DNA of 64,000 bases from contig DASXKV010000041.1 in NCBI GenBank assembly GCA_036496605.1, forward strand, positions 8,373-72,372, read 5' to 3'. Below the pieces are notes generated by a model. That model made no database searches, was not told the origin of the DNA, and saw only the letters and a program-made list of their open reading frames with translations. Position 1 is the first letter of the stretch. Every line of letters starts with the position of its first letter. This DNA is from Gemmatimonadaceae bacterium (GTDB lineage: Bacteria > Gemmatimonadota > Gemmatimonadetes > Gemmatimonadales > Gemmatimonadaceae). Below, piece after piece: positions 1 to 8,721 of the stretch. Both the position numbers and the translations under genes were made by a program.

Positions 1-1008
1 GTCGGGTCCTTCGTCGCCTTCGGTCTCTATCTCGGAATGTTGACCTGGCCGCTCATAGCGCTCGGATGGGTAATCAACCTGTTCCAGCGTGGGGCCGCCT
101 CGATGGCACGTCTTCTCGATATCCTCGACGCGCGCTCGATGCTCGTCGAGCCCGCAACGTCCCGATCGCTGGGACCGCGAGGCAAAGGCACCGGCCGAAC
201 GATCGAGTTCCGGAACGTCGGCTTCTACTACCCGGGCACCGAGGCCAGCCACCACGGCCAGCCCCGCTGGGTGCTGAGGCATGTGTCTTTCACGGCGCCG
301 GCCGGCGCCACGATCGGTATAGTGGGCTCAACGGGCAGCGGCAAGAGTGCGTTGATGGATCTGGTACCACGCTTCCATGATCCGCAGGAAGGAGAGATAC
401 TCATCGACGGTGTTCCGATTCGTGAGCTGGACCTGGTGACTTTGCGCACGGAAATCGGATATGTACCACAAGAAAGTTTTCTCTTCAGCGAAACCATTGC
501 GAGCAACCTTGCCTATGGTGCATCGTCAGCCGATGCAGGACGCTGGGCGGCGGATGTGGCGCAGTTAACTCAGACAATTGAACAATTTCCCGGCGGGTTC
601 GATACCATGTTGGGAGAGAGGGGTATCAACCTATCCGGCGGCCAGAAGCAACGGGCTGCGCTCGCTCGTGCGCTCGCACGCCGGCCGGGGATCGTCCTCC
701 TCGACGATGCCTTGTCGGCGGTCGATACGCACACCGAAGCCGAGATTCTGCACGCGCTTCGGACGACGTTGGCAGGACGCACGGCACTCATCGCATCGCA
801 TCGCATCAGCGCGATACGTGACGCGAGCTGGATTGTCGTGCTCGAAGGTGGAGAAATTGTCGAGCAAGGGCAGCACGAGGAACTGCTCGCTGCCGGCGGA
901 CGGTACTGGGCGCTCCTCAACAGGCAGCAACTCGAGGACGCAATCGAGGACGACGACGAGGAGATCGAGTTGGCGCAGCCTGTGGCGGACGGCGGATCGA
1001 ATCAATGA
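1..1008 (+). CDS. ABC exporter, fused permease/ATPase subunit (C-terminal part; 5' end outside window)
   Basis: Frame is open from base 1 (VGSFVAFGLYLG..., TM segment) into ORF 37..1008. Walker A GSTGSGKS, ABC signature LSGGQKQR, Walker B IVLLDD, H-loop ASHR. Confidence 0.9.
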   Translation, partial: VGSFVAFGLYLGMLTWPLIALGWVINLFQRGAASMARLLDILDARSMLVEPATSRSLGPRGKGTGRTIEFRNVGFYYPGTEASHHGQPRWVLRHVSFTAPAGATIGIVGSTGSGKSALMDLVPRFHDPQEGEILIDGVPIRELDLVTLRTEIGYVPQESFLFSETIASNLAYGASSADAGRWAADVAQLTQTIEQFPGGFDTMLGERGINLSGGQKQRAALARALARRPGIVLLDDALSAVDTHTEAEILHALRTTLAGRTALIASHRISAIRDASWIVVLEGGEIVEQGQHEELLAAGGRYWALLNRQQLEDAIEDDDEEIELAQPVADGGSNQ

Positions 1009-1844
1009 CGCGCGTGGAAGCGAAGACACATCCGCTGTCTTCGACCGCGGGGGGAACCGCGTCGATGGGTGACGAACGCCTCTCCGCGCTGGAGCAGCAG
1101 CTGCGTGCGGCGCTCGAGGAGGTCGCCGACCTCCGGGCTCGCGACCAGCTCAAGACGCAGTTCCTCGCCAACATCTCGCATGATCTCCGCACGCCGCTCA
1201 CCGCGGTCATCACGCATGCGGAAATTCTGCGCGATGGACTTCTTGGTCCGCTGTCCGATCGTCAGATGGAGAGCATCAACGGTATCATCAGCGGCGGCCG
1301 CCAATTGCTGTCGCAAGTGGGTGAGATTCTCACGTACGCCAAAGGGGCCGCGAATCAACTCACACTGATACCGGCCAGCTTCTCGATCGCTGACGTGTTA
1401 CAGCAGGTGTATTCGCTCAACGAGTCGCTGCTCGCGCGCAAGAAAATTCAGTTCGAGTTCGACGTCGATCCGAGTACGCCGGTGATCGTCGCCGACCGCG
1501 AGAAGGTGACACACATCGTCGGCAACTTGTTCGGTAACGCCATCGACTTCACGCCCGCCGGTGGCAGCGTATGGCTCAAGGCGCAGCAACGACGTCGCGC
1601 CGAGGTGATTGAATTGCTCGTCGAAGTCGGCGACACGGGCGTTGGCATCGCGCCCGAACATCACGATCTGATCTTCCGTGAATTTGCCCAGGTCGATGCG
1701 ACGCCCTCGCGTCCCCATCATGGCACGGGACTTGGATTAACGATCGCGAGAAAGCTCGTGGAGCTACATGGTGGACAGATCTGGGTCGAGAGCACCGTTG
1801 GGACAGGGAGCCGATTCTTCTTCACGATCCCCTATTCGGGGTGA
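1005..1844 (+). CDS. Sensor histidine kinase, soluble (HisKA + HATPase_c, no TM or sensor domain)
   Basis: H-box FLANISHDLRTPL, N-box GNAIDFT, G-boxes DTGVGI and GTGLGLTI. ATGA start/stop overlap with the upstream ABC gene. Confidence 0.85.
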   Translation: MTRVEAKTHPLSSTAGGTASMGDERLSALEQQLRAALEEVADLRARDQLKTQFLANISHDLRTPLTAVITHAEILRDGLLGPLSDRQMESINGIISGGRQLLSQVGEILTYAKGAANQLTLIPASFSIADVLQQVYSLNESLLARKKIQFEFDVDPSTPVIVADREKVTHIVGNLFGNAIDFTPAGGSVWLKAQQRRRAEVIELLVEVGDTGVGIAPEHHDLIFREFAQVDATPSRPHHGTGLGLTIARKLVELHGGQIWVESTVGTGSRFFFTIPYSG

Positions 1845-2211
1845 TGAGCACGCTGCACACGTGCTCATCGTCGAAGACAACGACCTCGTGAGTGGCGCGC
1901 TGCGCGTCCTGTTCGAACAGACGGGACGGCGCGTCTCGATTGCCGCGACCGTCGCCGACGCGGTGTCCATCGCGAGCGCGGATCAACCCGATCTGATGCT
2001 GATCGACCTCACGCTGCCGGATGGCAACGGGCTCGCCATCCTCGAGCAATTGCGAGGCATCAACCGTTCTCCCCGAGTCGCGGTCGCGCTCACCGGACAC
2101 GACGAGCCAGGGATCGCCGAGCGATGCGCGGAGCTGGGATGCGCCGACGTGCTCCTGAAGCCGGTGCCGACTCGCGAGCTCCTGAAGCGAGCGGAGGCGT
2201 GGCTCGCCTAA
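1768..2211 (+). CDS. Single-domain response regulator (CheY-like receiver)
   Basis: VLIVEDND..., phospho-acceptor context DLMLIDLTLPDG, conserved K in LLKP. True start is probably the in-frame GTG near 1861, because the ORF-track start overlaps the kinase by 77 nt. The stop TAA lies inside a GCCTAACG word. Confidence 0.8.
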   Translation: MVDRSGSRAPLGQGADSSSRSPIRGDEHAAHVLIVEDNDLVSGALRVLFEQTGRRVSIAATVADAVSIASADQPDLMLIDLTLPDGNGLAILEQLRGINRSPRVAVALTGHDEPGIAERCAELGCADVLLKPVPTRELLKRAEAWLA

Positions 2212-2215
2212 CGCG

Positions 2216-2280
2216 GCAGAGGATTGAGGGTCGAGGGTTGAGGACGGAGGGTAAAGAGCTGAGGGTAGAGGGGAGAGCGT
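2216..2280. repeat. G-rich tandem GAGGGT-type repeat (one arm only) between convergent genes
   Basis: ttGAGGGTcGAGGGTtgaggacgGAGGGTaaagagctGAGGGTaGAGGGGag; five GGG runs. Confidence 0.5.
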
Positions 2281-2288
2281 GCTCGCCG

Positions 2289-3014
2289 TCAGAGCCGGTT
2301 TCGCAGGGCGGCTGGCGTTAGGCTTTGCAAGTAGCTTGTGAGCACAGACATGTAGTTCGTCATCATCAGAATGCCGACGATGATCAGCAATGCGCCGGCA
2401 ATGCGATCCACCCAGACCAGCTTCGATCGGTACCGCTGAAAAACGGCGATGAAGCGCTCGACCGCCACCGCCGCGATGAGGAACGGGATCGCCAGACCCA
2501 GCGAGTACGCACCGAGCAGAAGAATGCCCCGCCGCAACTCGGCTTGCGTCGCGGTGTAGGTGAGGATGCCGCCGAGGATCGGACCGATGCAAGGACTCCA
2601 GCCGGCACCAAACGCAATGCCGACTAGCACCGAGCCGAGGTACCCGAGCGGCTTGTCGGCGATATGAATTCGGCGCTCTCGCGCAAGGAAGCGCATATTG
2701 AAGGCGCCGAGCAGATACAGGCCGAGCAGCACGACGAGGACACCGCCGATACGGCTGATCCAGCGGCGATTGAGCAACAAGAGACGGCCGACCGCGGTCG
2801 CGGTGGCTCCGAGCGCGAGGAAAATGAGAGAGAAACCGATGACGAACAACAGTGCGTGGACGAGCGCCGTCTTTCGCGAATGCTGAACATCCTCCAGACT
2901 CAGCCCGGTCACGAAGGTGACGTAGCTCGGAATAAGGGGCAACACGCAGGGTGACAGGAAGCTGAGCAGGCCGGCGGTGAACGCGATCAGCACACCTAAC
3001 GAAACGGATTCCAT
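2289..3014 (-). CDS. ccdA: Cytochrome c biogenesis / thiol-disulfide transporter, CcdA (DsbD-beta) family
   Basis: Polytopic membrane protein with the CcdA motifs LSPCVLPLIPSYV and GWSPCIGPILG. Start set at internal Met (MESVSLGV...); the ORF track extends to 3065. Confidence 0.8.
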   Translation of the reverse strand: MESVSLGVLIAFTAGLLSFLSPCVLPLIPSYVTFVTGLSLEDVQHSRKTALVHALLFVIGFSLIFLALGATATAVGRLLLLNRRWISRIGGVLVVLLGLYLLGAFNMRFLARERRIHIADKPLGYLGSVLVGIAFGAGWSPCIGPILGGILTYTATQAELRRGILLLGAYSLGLAIPFLIAAVAVERFIAVFQRYRSKLVWVDRIAGALLIIVGILMMTNYMSVLTSYLQSLTPAALRNRL

Positions 3015-4779
3015 TCCCCCTCTCGCGACGGATGGCGGCGCGGCAACGGCGGACGCGGGCAGCACGTCCAGGCGTCTTCGATTGCTCCGGTGGTATTACG
3101 GACTGAAATATCGCGTCTTTCGACGAGAGCGGCGACCGCGCGATGGACGGCGCGGGCTGATTGCGTTGCAGATCGACGCGCTTGCGTACGAAGAGCTGCG
3201 CCGCGCGATCGAGCTGGGATACTGTCCGGAGCTCACCACGATGGTTCGTGAGGAGGGCTATGTCCTGCGTCGCTGGTTCTGCGGCCTGCCATCAGCTACA
3301 CCCTACTGTCAGGCAGGCATCTTCTACGGAGCGAACGACGGCATTCCCGCCTTTCGATTTTACGACAAAGCATCACGCTTCGTCGTCACGTGCAACAGTC
3401 CGCGCGGCGTCCAATACATTCGCGATCGCATTCACACGCCGGGTGCGCTCGCCGGTGGTTCCAGCTATGTGAATCTGCTCGACGGCGATGCGCAGACAGT
3501 CGCTTTCACGGTCGCAACCCGCCGACGGATGTCGGTCTATCGCCGACTCGGCGGTACGCGCATGGCGCTGCTCATCGCGCTTCATCCGATTCGCTCGGCG
3601 ATCATCGTCGTGTACTCGGTGATCGAATGGCTGCGTGAAGAGTGGGAACGGACCGTCGGCGAGCTGTCGCGGCAACGGACGCATAGCGAGGGATTGTTTC
3701 CGTTCATTCGCATCCTGAGCAACGTCGTCGTACGGGAGCTGCAGACGATGGCGATCCTGCTCGACATCCATCTCGGTGTCCCGGTGATCTACAGCACGTA
3801 CATGCAGTACGACGAGCTCGGACATCATTTCGGACCGGCGAGCTGGCAGGCGCTTCGCGACCTTCGCCGCACCGACTCACGCATCCGAAGCATTCGACGC
3901 ATGATTCGCAGCGCCGCCGGACGTGAGTACGATCTGGTGATTCTCTCGGACCATGGGATGGCTCCCTCGGCGAGCTATCGTGTCCGATACGGTGAGTCGT
4001 TAGGTAGCACGGTCCAGCGGATTCTCGATGGCGACGCCGCGCGCCGTGGACGAATGAGCCTCAGCACGCACACGAGCGAAAATCCGATCAGCGAGTACGG
4101 CGACGTCGGCGCGAATCTGCTTGAGTCGATCGCGATGGAGACGCCGCCGCGGCGGCGTGCCGTGCGCCGCGTGCTTCGCCGGGTTGGCAATTGGATGCGT
4201 CGCCATTACGGCGTCCGGGAGCTCATTCTTCCGGAGAAGTACCGCGTCGACGATCGCCACGACGTCGTCGTGACGTACAGTTCGTCGCTCGCGCTCGTGT
4301 ATTTTGCGGACGTCGCGGAGCGTCTCTCGTACGACGCCATCGCCCGGGACCGCCGTCGCGCGCAGCTGTACGCCCAGCTGCTCGCCCATCCTGGGATTGG
4401 CCTCATCGGCACGCTGGACGACGACTCCGTTCGCGTGGAGAACGCGAAGGGACGCGCTTTGATCCGCGACGGCGCGCTCGTCGACGTGCGTGGTGCCAAC
4501 CCTCTCGAGCCGTACGGCACGGAGCCGCTTCTCGCGCGGGCCGTCGAGCGGCTCGTCAGGCAGGCGAACGCCGGCGATCTGGTGCTCTTCGGCGCATTCG
4601 ACGGCTATGAGATCGTCTGCTTCGACGACCAGATCGGGGCGCACGGCTCGGCCGGCGGAAGCCAGCTCCATCCGTTCCTGATCGCGCCGCGATCGTTAGG
4701 TCTGGAGAGCGCCGTGCTCGAGGACGCGCGCGATCTGCACGGGGCCCTCATGACCAAGTACGCGGTCGAGACTGCCTAA
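2977..4779 (+). CDS. Alkaline-phosphatase-superfamily protein (nucleotide pyrophosphatase/phosphodiesterase-like)
   Basis: GLPSATPYCQAGIFYG (nucleophile-Thr region) and ILSDHGM metal-binding motif. N-terminal start is uncertain: the ORF start would overlap the divergent ccdA 5' end. Confidence 0.65.
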   Translation: MNAISTPNETDSIPPLATDGGAATADAGSTSRRLRLLRWYYGLKYRVFRRERRPRDGRRGLIALQIDALAYEELRRAIELGYCPELTTMVREEGYVLRRWFCGLPSATPYCQAGIFYGANDGIPAFRFYDKASRFVVTCNSPRGVQYIRDRIHTPGALAGGSSYVNLLDGDAQTVAFTVATRRRMSVYRRLGGTRMALLIALHPIRSAIIVVYSVIEWLREEWERTVGELSRQRTHSEGLFPFIRILSNVVVRELQTMAILLDIHLGVPVIYSTYMQYDELGHHFGPASWQALRDLRRTDSRIRSIRRMIRSAAGREYDLVILSDHGMAPSASYRVRYGESLGSTVQRILDGDAARRGRMSLSTHTSENPISEYGDVGANLLESIAMETPPRRRAVRRVLRRVGNWMRRHYGVRELILPEKYRVDDRHDVVVTYSSSLALVYFADVAERLSYDAIARDRRRAQLYAQLLAHPGIGLIGTLDDDSVRVENAKGRALIRDGALVDVRGANPLEPYGTEPLLARAVERLVRQANAGDLVLFGAFDGYEIVCFDDQIGAHGSAGGSQLHPFLIAPRSLGLESAVLEDARDLHGALMTKYAVETA

Positions 4780-4781
4780 CG
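4774..4781. repeat. Representative copy of the over-represented 8-mer GCCTAACG (38 exact copies in the window)
   Basis: At this copy the top-strand TAA (4777-4779) ends the AlkP-like gene. The bottom-strand TAG (4778-4776) ends the convergent hypothetical gene. Confidence 0.9.
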
Positions 4782-5234
4782 CGTGGCGGCGAGCAGATAG
4801 TCGCGGGCGTCGTCGCCGGACATGCGCTCCGGCTCTTCGGCATCGCCCGCGCGTCGCTGAACGCCGCGGACGACGGTCTCCACGGTCACGAGCGGCGCGT
4901 CCGCTTCCGCGACGACGCGACACTCCCACTTGCCGCGGTCGGGTCCTTTGAGCGCGAGCTTGTACTTGGCCGTGTAGACGGTGTAGCGCGCCGGCTTGGC
5001 TCCCTCTGCCTCTGGCATCCCGAGCAGTGGCACCGATGAAGGTTCAGGTGGCGCGTCGGCCATGATAACAGGCTCGACGCGTTCGGGATGCGCGGCGATC
5101 ACGGCGACACCGCTCTCGACACCGCCCTGGCGAATTGGGGAGAAGAAATGCAGCTCGATGAATCGTTCGGCCGGAAGGTTCGCAGCGATGGCGACGAGAA
5201 AGCGCTCGCGCGTCGCTTCGAGAAATCGCGTCAC
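4776..5234 (-). CDS. Hypothetical protein (152 aa)
   Basis: The in-frame GTG at 5234 forms a GTGA overlap with the stop of the upstream TIGR00300 gene. High third-position GC. No family recognised. Confidence 0.5.
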   Translation of the reverse strand: MTRFLEATRERFLVAIAANLPAERFIELHFFSPIRQGGVESGVAVIAAHPERVEPVIMADAPPEPSSVPLLGMPEAEGAKPARYTVYTAKYKLALKGPDRGKWECRVVAEADAPLVTVETVVRGVQRRAGDAEEPERMSGDDARDYLLAATR

Positions 5235-6361
5235 GGCGTGCCCACCGCCGTCCGCGTGTCGCCCGCGCGGACGTTCGCGATGCCACGCGCCTCGAGCTCG
5301 CGCTCGACGTACAATCGCAAAATGTGCATGAAGTCCTGAGCGTTTGTCACGACGCCGAACGCCTGGTGGGTGCCACGATCCTTCAGCTTGGAGACAACGA
5401 ACTCGGACGAGTCGACGCAAATCGTGGGCAGCTCGCGCATCGCGCCGTTAGGCTCGGTGACGAACGCCGGCAGCATGTTGCCGGTCGCGATCGCATGCAG
5501 TGCCGTCGCGATCAGTATCGCCATCGTCGCCTTCGTCGTGTGGCGCTTCATCGCGTCCTGGCCAGCGATCGAATCGGTGATGACGTCCGGCAACGGACCG
5601 TCGTCCCGGATCGATCCCGTGAGAACGTATGGCACGTCGTGAACGACACACGAATACATGATGCCGTCCTTGATGATGCCCTGCTTCACGGCGTTTGCAA
5701 TGGAGCCCGCCGCGCGCACTTTGTTGATTGCCCGCATGTGCAGGCCATGGCCGCCCGTTGTCGCCTCACCAGTGTGCGTCATGCCGAGCGTCGTTCCGAA
5801 GATCGACGCCTCGATGTCGTGCACGGCGACGGCGTTCCCGGCGAGCAACGCGCCGACGAAGCCGTTCGCGATGAACCAGCTCATGTCGTTGCGCGCACGC
5901 GAATGCACGAGCGCGGGACCCGTTACCCAGATCGGATAGCCGTGGCGCTCGCGCTCGACGACGAGCAATTGTGCCATCAGCGCGTAATCGATCGGCTTCT
6001 CGCGCGAGACCTCGGAGGTCATGAACTTGAACTCGTCGGTGCCTTCGGCACCGACGAGTTCAGTTTGCACGTAGATTCCTTCCGATCCGTCCTCGGCCAT
6101 GCCGACCGCGACGAGCTCACCCTTACGAATGCGCCGCGCCTCCTTCACCCACAGCGTTCCGTCTCGATCGAGGACGAGTGACGCGTCCATGCGGGGCTCG
6201 CGCGGCGTGCGCCACTCACCTTTGACGCGAGCGTAGGTCGGGAGATTCGTTGTCGAGAAGAACCCCTCGGGGAGCACGCCGTCCGCGGTCGCGGCGACGA
6301 ACTTGGCGTCGGGAGCCGAGGCGAGCTCGGGGCGTTTGAAGTCCGGTTGGGAGAAAGGCAC
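5231..6361 (-). CDS. TIGR00300-family protein (LOR/SDH bifunctional-enzyme conserved domain; ornithine-cyclodeaminase-like arginine/ornithine metabolism)
   Basis: Good recalled similarity to the LOR/SDH conserved region (…GPALVHSRARNDMSWFIANGFVGALLAGNAVAVHDIE…HGLHMRAIN…). Start placed at GTG (VPFSQPDF) just downstream of the priA stop; the ORF-track start at 6568 overlaps priA. Confidence 0.6.
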   Translation of the reverse strand: MPFSQPDFKRPELASAPDAKFVAATADGVLPEGFFSTTNLPTYARVKGEWRTPREPRMDASLVLDRDGTLWVKEARRIRKGELVAVGMAEDGSEGIYVQTELVGAEGTDEFKFMTSEVSREKPIDYALMAQLLVVERERHGYPIWVTGPALVHSRARNDMSWFIANGFVGALLAGNAVAVHDIEASIFGTTLGMTHTGEATTGGHGLHMRAINKVRAAGSIANAVKQGIIKDGIMYSCVVHDVPYVLTGSIRDDGPLPDVITDSIAGQDAMKRHTTKATMAILIATALHAIATGNMLPAFVTEPNGAMRELPTICVDSSEFVVSKLKDRGTHQAFGVVTNAQDFMHILRLYVERELEARGIANVRAGDTRTAVGTP

Positions 6362-6399
6362 GGTCGAAAGATAAATCCTCGTGTCATGCCAGGCAGAGC

Positions 6400-8646
6400 T
6401 CAGAGCAGCGCGACCGGGTCCCGATCTATCGTCACCCGGAGATCCCCGCCCTTGGGCACTGGAAAGCGTTCCGCGAAGTACCGGGATACCTTCGTGAGCT
6501 CGCCGGGATTGTTGGCCTTGAGCAGGAGATGCCACCGCCAACGCCGCTTGATGCGATCGACCGCGCACGGAGCGGGGCCGACGATCTGCATCTCGCCGCC
6601 GGATTGCCTAACGAGCCTCTGCAACCAGGCAGCGGCGTTGAGCGCCAGCTGCGCCGTCGCTCCCTCCGTCGTTCCGCTGAAGACGACGTTGGCGAGACGA
6701 ATGTATGGCGGATACACCGGACGCTCGCGTCCCCGCAACTCCTCGCGCACGAACGACGCGTAGTCATGAGCAACTGCGAATCGTACCGCGTGGTGCGCGG
6801 GCACGCGCGTCTGGATGATCACCTCTCCGCCCTTGGGCCCGCGCCCCGCGCGGCCCGCCACCTGACTCAAGAGCTGGAACGATCGCTCCGAGGCGCGGAA
6901 ATCCGGCAGATTGATGCCGACATCTGCGTCGACGACGCCGACCAGCGTCACATTCGGAAAGTCGAGTCCCTTCGCGATCATCTGCGTGCCGAGAAGCACA
7001 TCGACTTCGCGGCGCGCGACGCGATCGAGGATCTCCGCGTGTGCCCACTTGCCGCTGGTCGTGTCGACGTCCATGCGCGCGACACGCGCCGCGGGAAAGC
7101 GTTCGGCGATCAGCCGCTCGACCTGCTGGGTGCCGAGACCACGCTGCCGCAGCATGCTGCCGCCGCAGCGCGCGCACTTCGTTCGTGGCGGTTCGGCGTG
7201 TTGGCAGTAGTGACAGACGAGTCGTTCCGGCGTGCGATGGTACGTCAGGCTGATCGAGCAGTGGGGACAGGCGGCGACATCGCCGCAGTCGCCGCACTGG
7301 ATGAACGCCGCATACCCGCGGCGATTGAGCAGGAGAATGCTCTGTTCGTGACGCTGGAGGCGGGTCGAGAGCGCGAGCTCGAGCAGCTCGCCGATGACGC
7401 GCCGAAAAGGATCGTTAGGCCCGGCACGATCCGTGACGGTTTTCTGGGTTTCGCGGATGTCGACGACGTCGATCGTCGGCAGCCGACCGCCGCCGACACG
7501 ATCGGGAAGCGAGAGCAGCCTGTGCTTCCCCGCCGACGCGTTCACCCAGCTCTCGAGACTCGGTGTCGCGCTCCCAAGGACGACGACGGCGCCCTCGGTG
7601 CGGGCGCGCATGATCGCGACCTCGCGCGCGTGATAGCGCGGCGCCTCGCCCTGCTTGTAGCTCGACTCGTGCTCCTCGTCGACGATGATCGCGCCAAGGT
7701 TGGCGAGTGGCGCGAAGATCGCCGAGCGCGCGCCGACCGCGATTCGCTTCTCGCCGCGCCGCAGCGCAAGCCATGCGTCGTAGCGCTCGCCGTCGCTCAG
7801 CGCGCTGTGGAGGACGGCGACGCGATTGCCAAATGCCGCGCGAAAGCGATCTACGGTCTGGGGCGTGAGTGCGATCTCGGGCACGAGAACGATCGCGCTC
7901 TGGCCACGCTCGTCGACGATCGTGCGCAGCAGCTCGATGTACACGAGCGTCTTGCCGCTCCCGGTTATGCCGTGCAACAGGAACGTTTCGCCCTGACGGC
8001 CGGCACGTAAGGCCTGGATTGCTTGTTCCTGAGCAGGCGACGGCACGAGCGCGCGCGCTTCCGTGGGCCGGTCGGCAAACGGATCTCGCGCAACGACGTC
8101 CTCCTCGATTTCCACAACGCCGCGAGCAACGAGTCGCTTGAGCACGGATGGCGAGAAGGTCAGCCGCTCGACGAGATGCTCCACCGCAACGCGTCCGCCT
8201 AACGACTCGATGAGCTCGAACAGCGCGCGCTGCTGCGGCGCGCGCGCGAAGACGTTGTCTCGATGAAGCAGCGACGGCAGGTCACGGACGATCCGCGCCA
8301 TGCGGCGACGCTTCTGCGAGGGCACCGGGTCATCGGCGCCGCTCAGGGCAGCGGGCAGCGCACAGCGTAATGCGACGCCGAGGGGAACGACGTAGTACTG
8401 CGAGATCCACCGGCACAGCGCGAGCATCGACGCATCGAGCACCGGTGCATCGTCCGGGATCGCAGCGACAGGCTTCGGCGTTATACCGTCGCGCGCGCTG
8501 CCCTCGCCAACGACGATCCCGATCTCCTTCCGATTACGAAAAGGAACGAGCACGCGCGTGCCCGCGTCGAGCGGCGTACCTCGGCCCTCTACCGCGTACG
8601 TGAACGTCCGAAAGAGCGGAAGCGGCAGGGCGACGTCGACGAGCAT
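6400..8646 (-). CDS. priA: Primosomal protein N' (replication restart helicase PriA)
   Basis: Walker A GITGSGKT, DEEH box, Cys-rich zinc region CGDCGDVAACPHCSISLTYH...CHYCQH...CARCGG, 748 aa. Confidence 0.95.
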   Translation of the reverse strand: MLVDVALPLPLFRTFTYAVEGRGTPLDAGTRVLVPFRNRKEIGIVVGEGSARDGITPKPVAAIPDDAPVLDASMLALCRWISQYYVVPLGVALRCALPAALSGADDPVPSQKRRRMARIVRDLPSLLHRDNVFARAPQQRALFELIESLGGRVAVEHLVERLTFSPSVLKRLVARGVVEIEEDVVARDPFADRPTEARALVPSPAQEQAIQALRAGRQGETFLLHGITGSGKTLVYIELLRTIVDERGQSAIVLVPEIALTPQTVDRFRAAFGNRVAVLHSALSDGERYDAWLALRRGEKRIAVGARSAIFAPLANLGAIIVDEEHESSYKQGEAPRYHAREVAIMRARTEGAVVVLGSATPSLESWVNASAGKHRLLSLPDRVGGGRLPTIDVVDIRETQKTVTDRAGPNDPFRRVIGELLELALSTRLQRHEQSILLLNRRGYAAFIQCGDCGDVAACPHCSISLTYHRTPERLVCHYCQHAEPPRTKCARCGGSMLRQRGLGTQQVERLIAERFPAARVARMDVDTTSGKWAHAEILDRVARREVDVLLGTQMIAKGLDFPNVTLVGVVDADVGINLPDFRASERSFQLLSQVAGRAGRGPKGGEVIIQTRVPAHHAVRFAVAHDYASFVREELRGRERPVYPPYIRLANVVFSGTTEGATAQLALNAAAWLQRLVRQSGGEMQIVGPAPCAVDRIKRRWRWHLLLKANNPGELTKVSRYFAERFPVPKGGDLRVTIDRDPVALL

Positions 8647-8661
8647 TGCCTAAGATAGCGT

Positions 8662-8721
8662 CCCTGTCATCCCGAGCGCAGCGACGGTAGATCCTTCGTC
8701 GCTGCGCTCAGGATGACAGGG
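8662..8721. repeat. Hairpin built from an inverted pair of the GTCATCCYGAGCGMAGCGA motif
   Basis: CCCTGTCATCCCGAGCGCAGCGACG-gtagatcctt-CGTCGCTGCGCTCAGGATGACAGGG. The same motif occurs at 60584. Confidence 0.8.

Noticed and set aside
6361-6568. N-terminal 69 residues of ORF 5231..6568, and similar N-terminal extensions of ORFs 4776..5420, 25450..26829, 12985..13665, 34605..35450, 57926..60577 and 60669..63488.
   Set aside because: These extensions overlap the 3' ends of well-supported upstream genes and are compositionally aberrant. Internal starts with start/stop overlaps or short gaps fit better.
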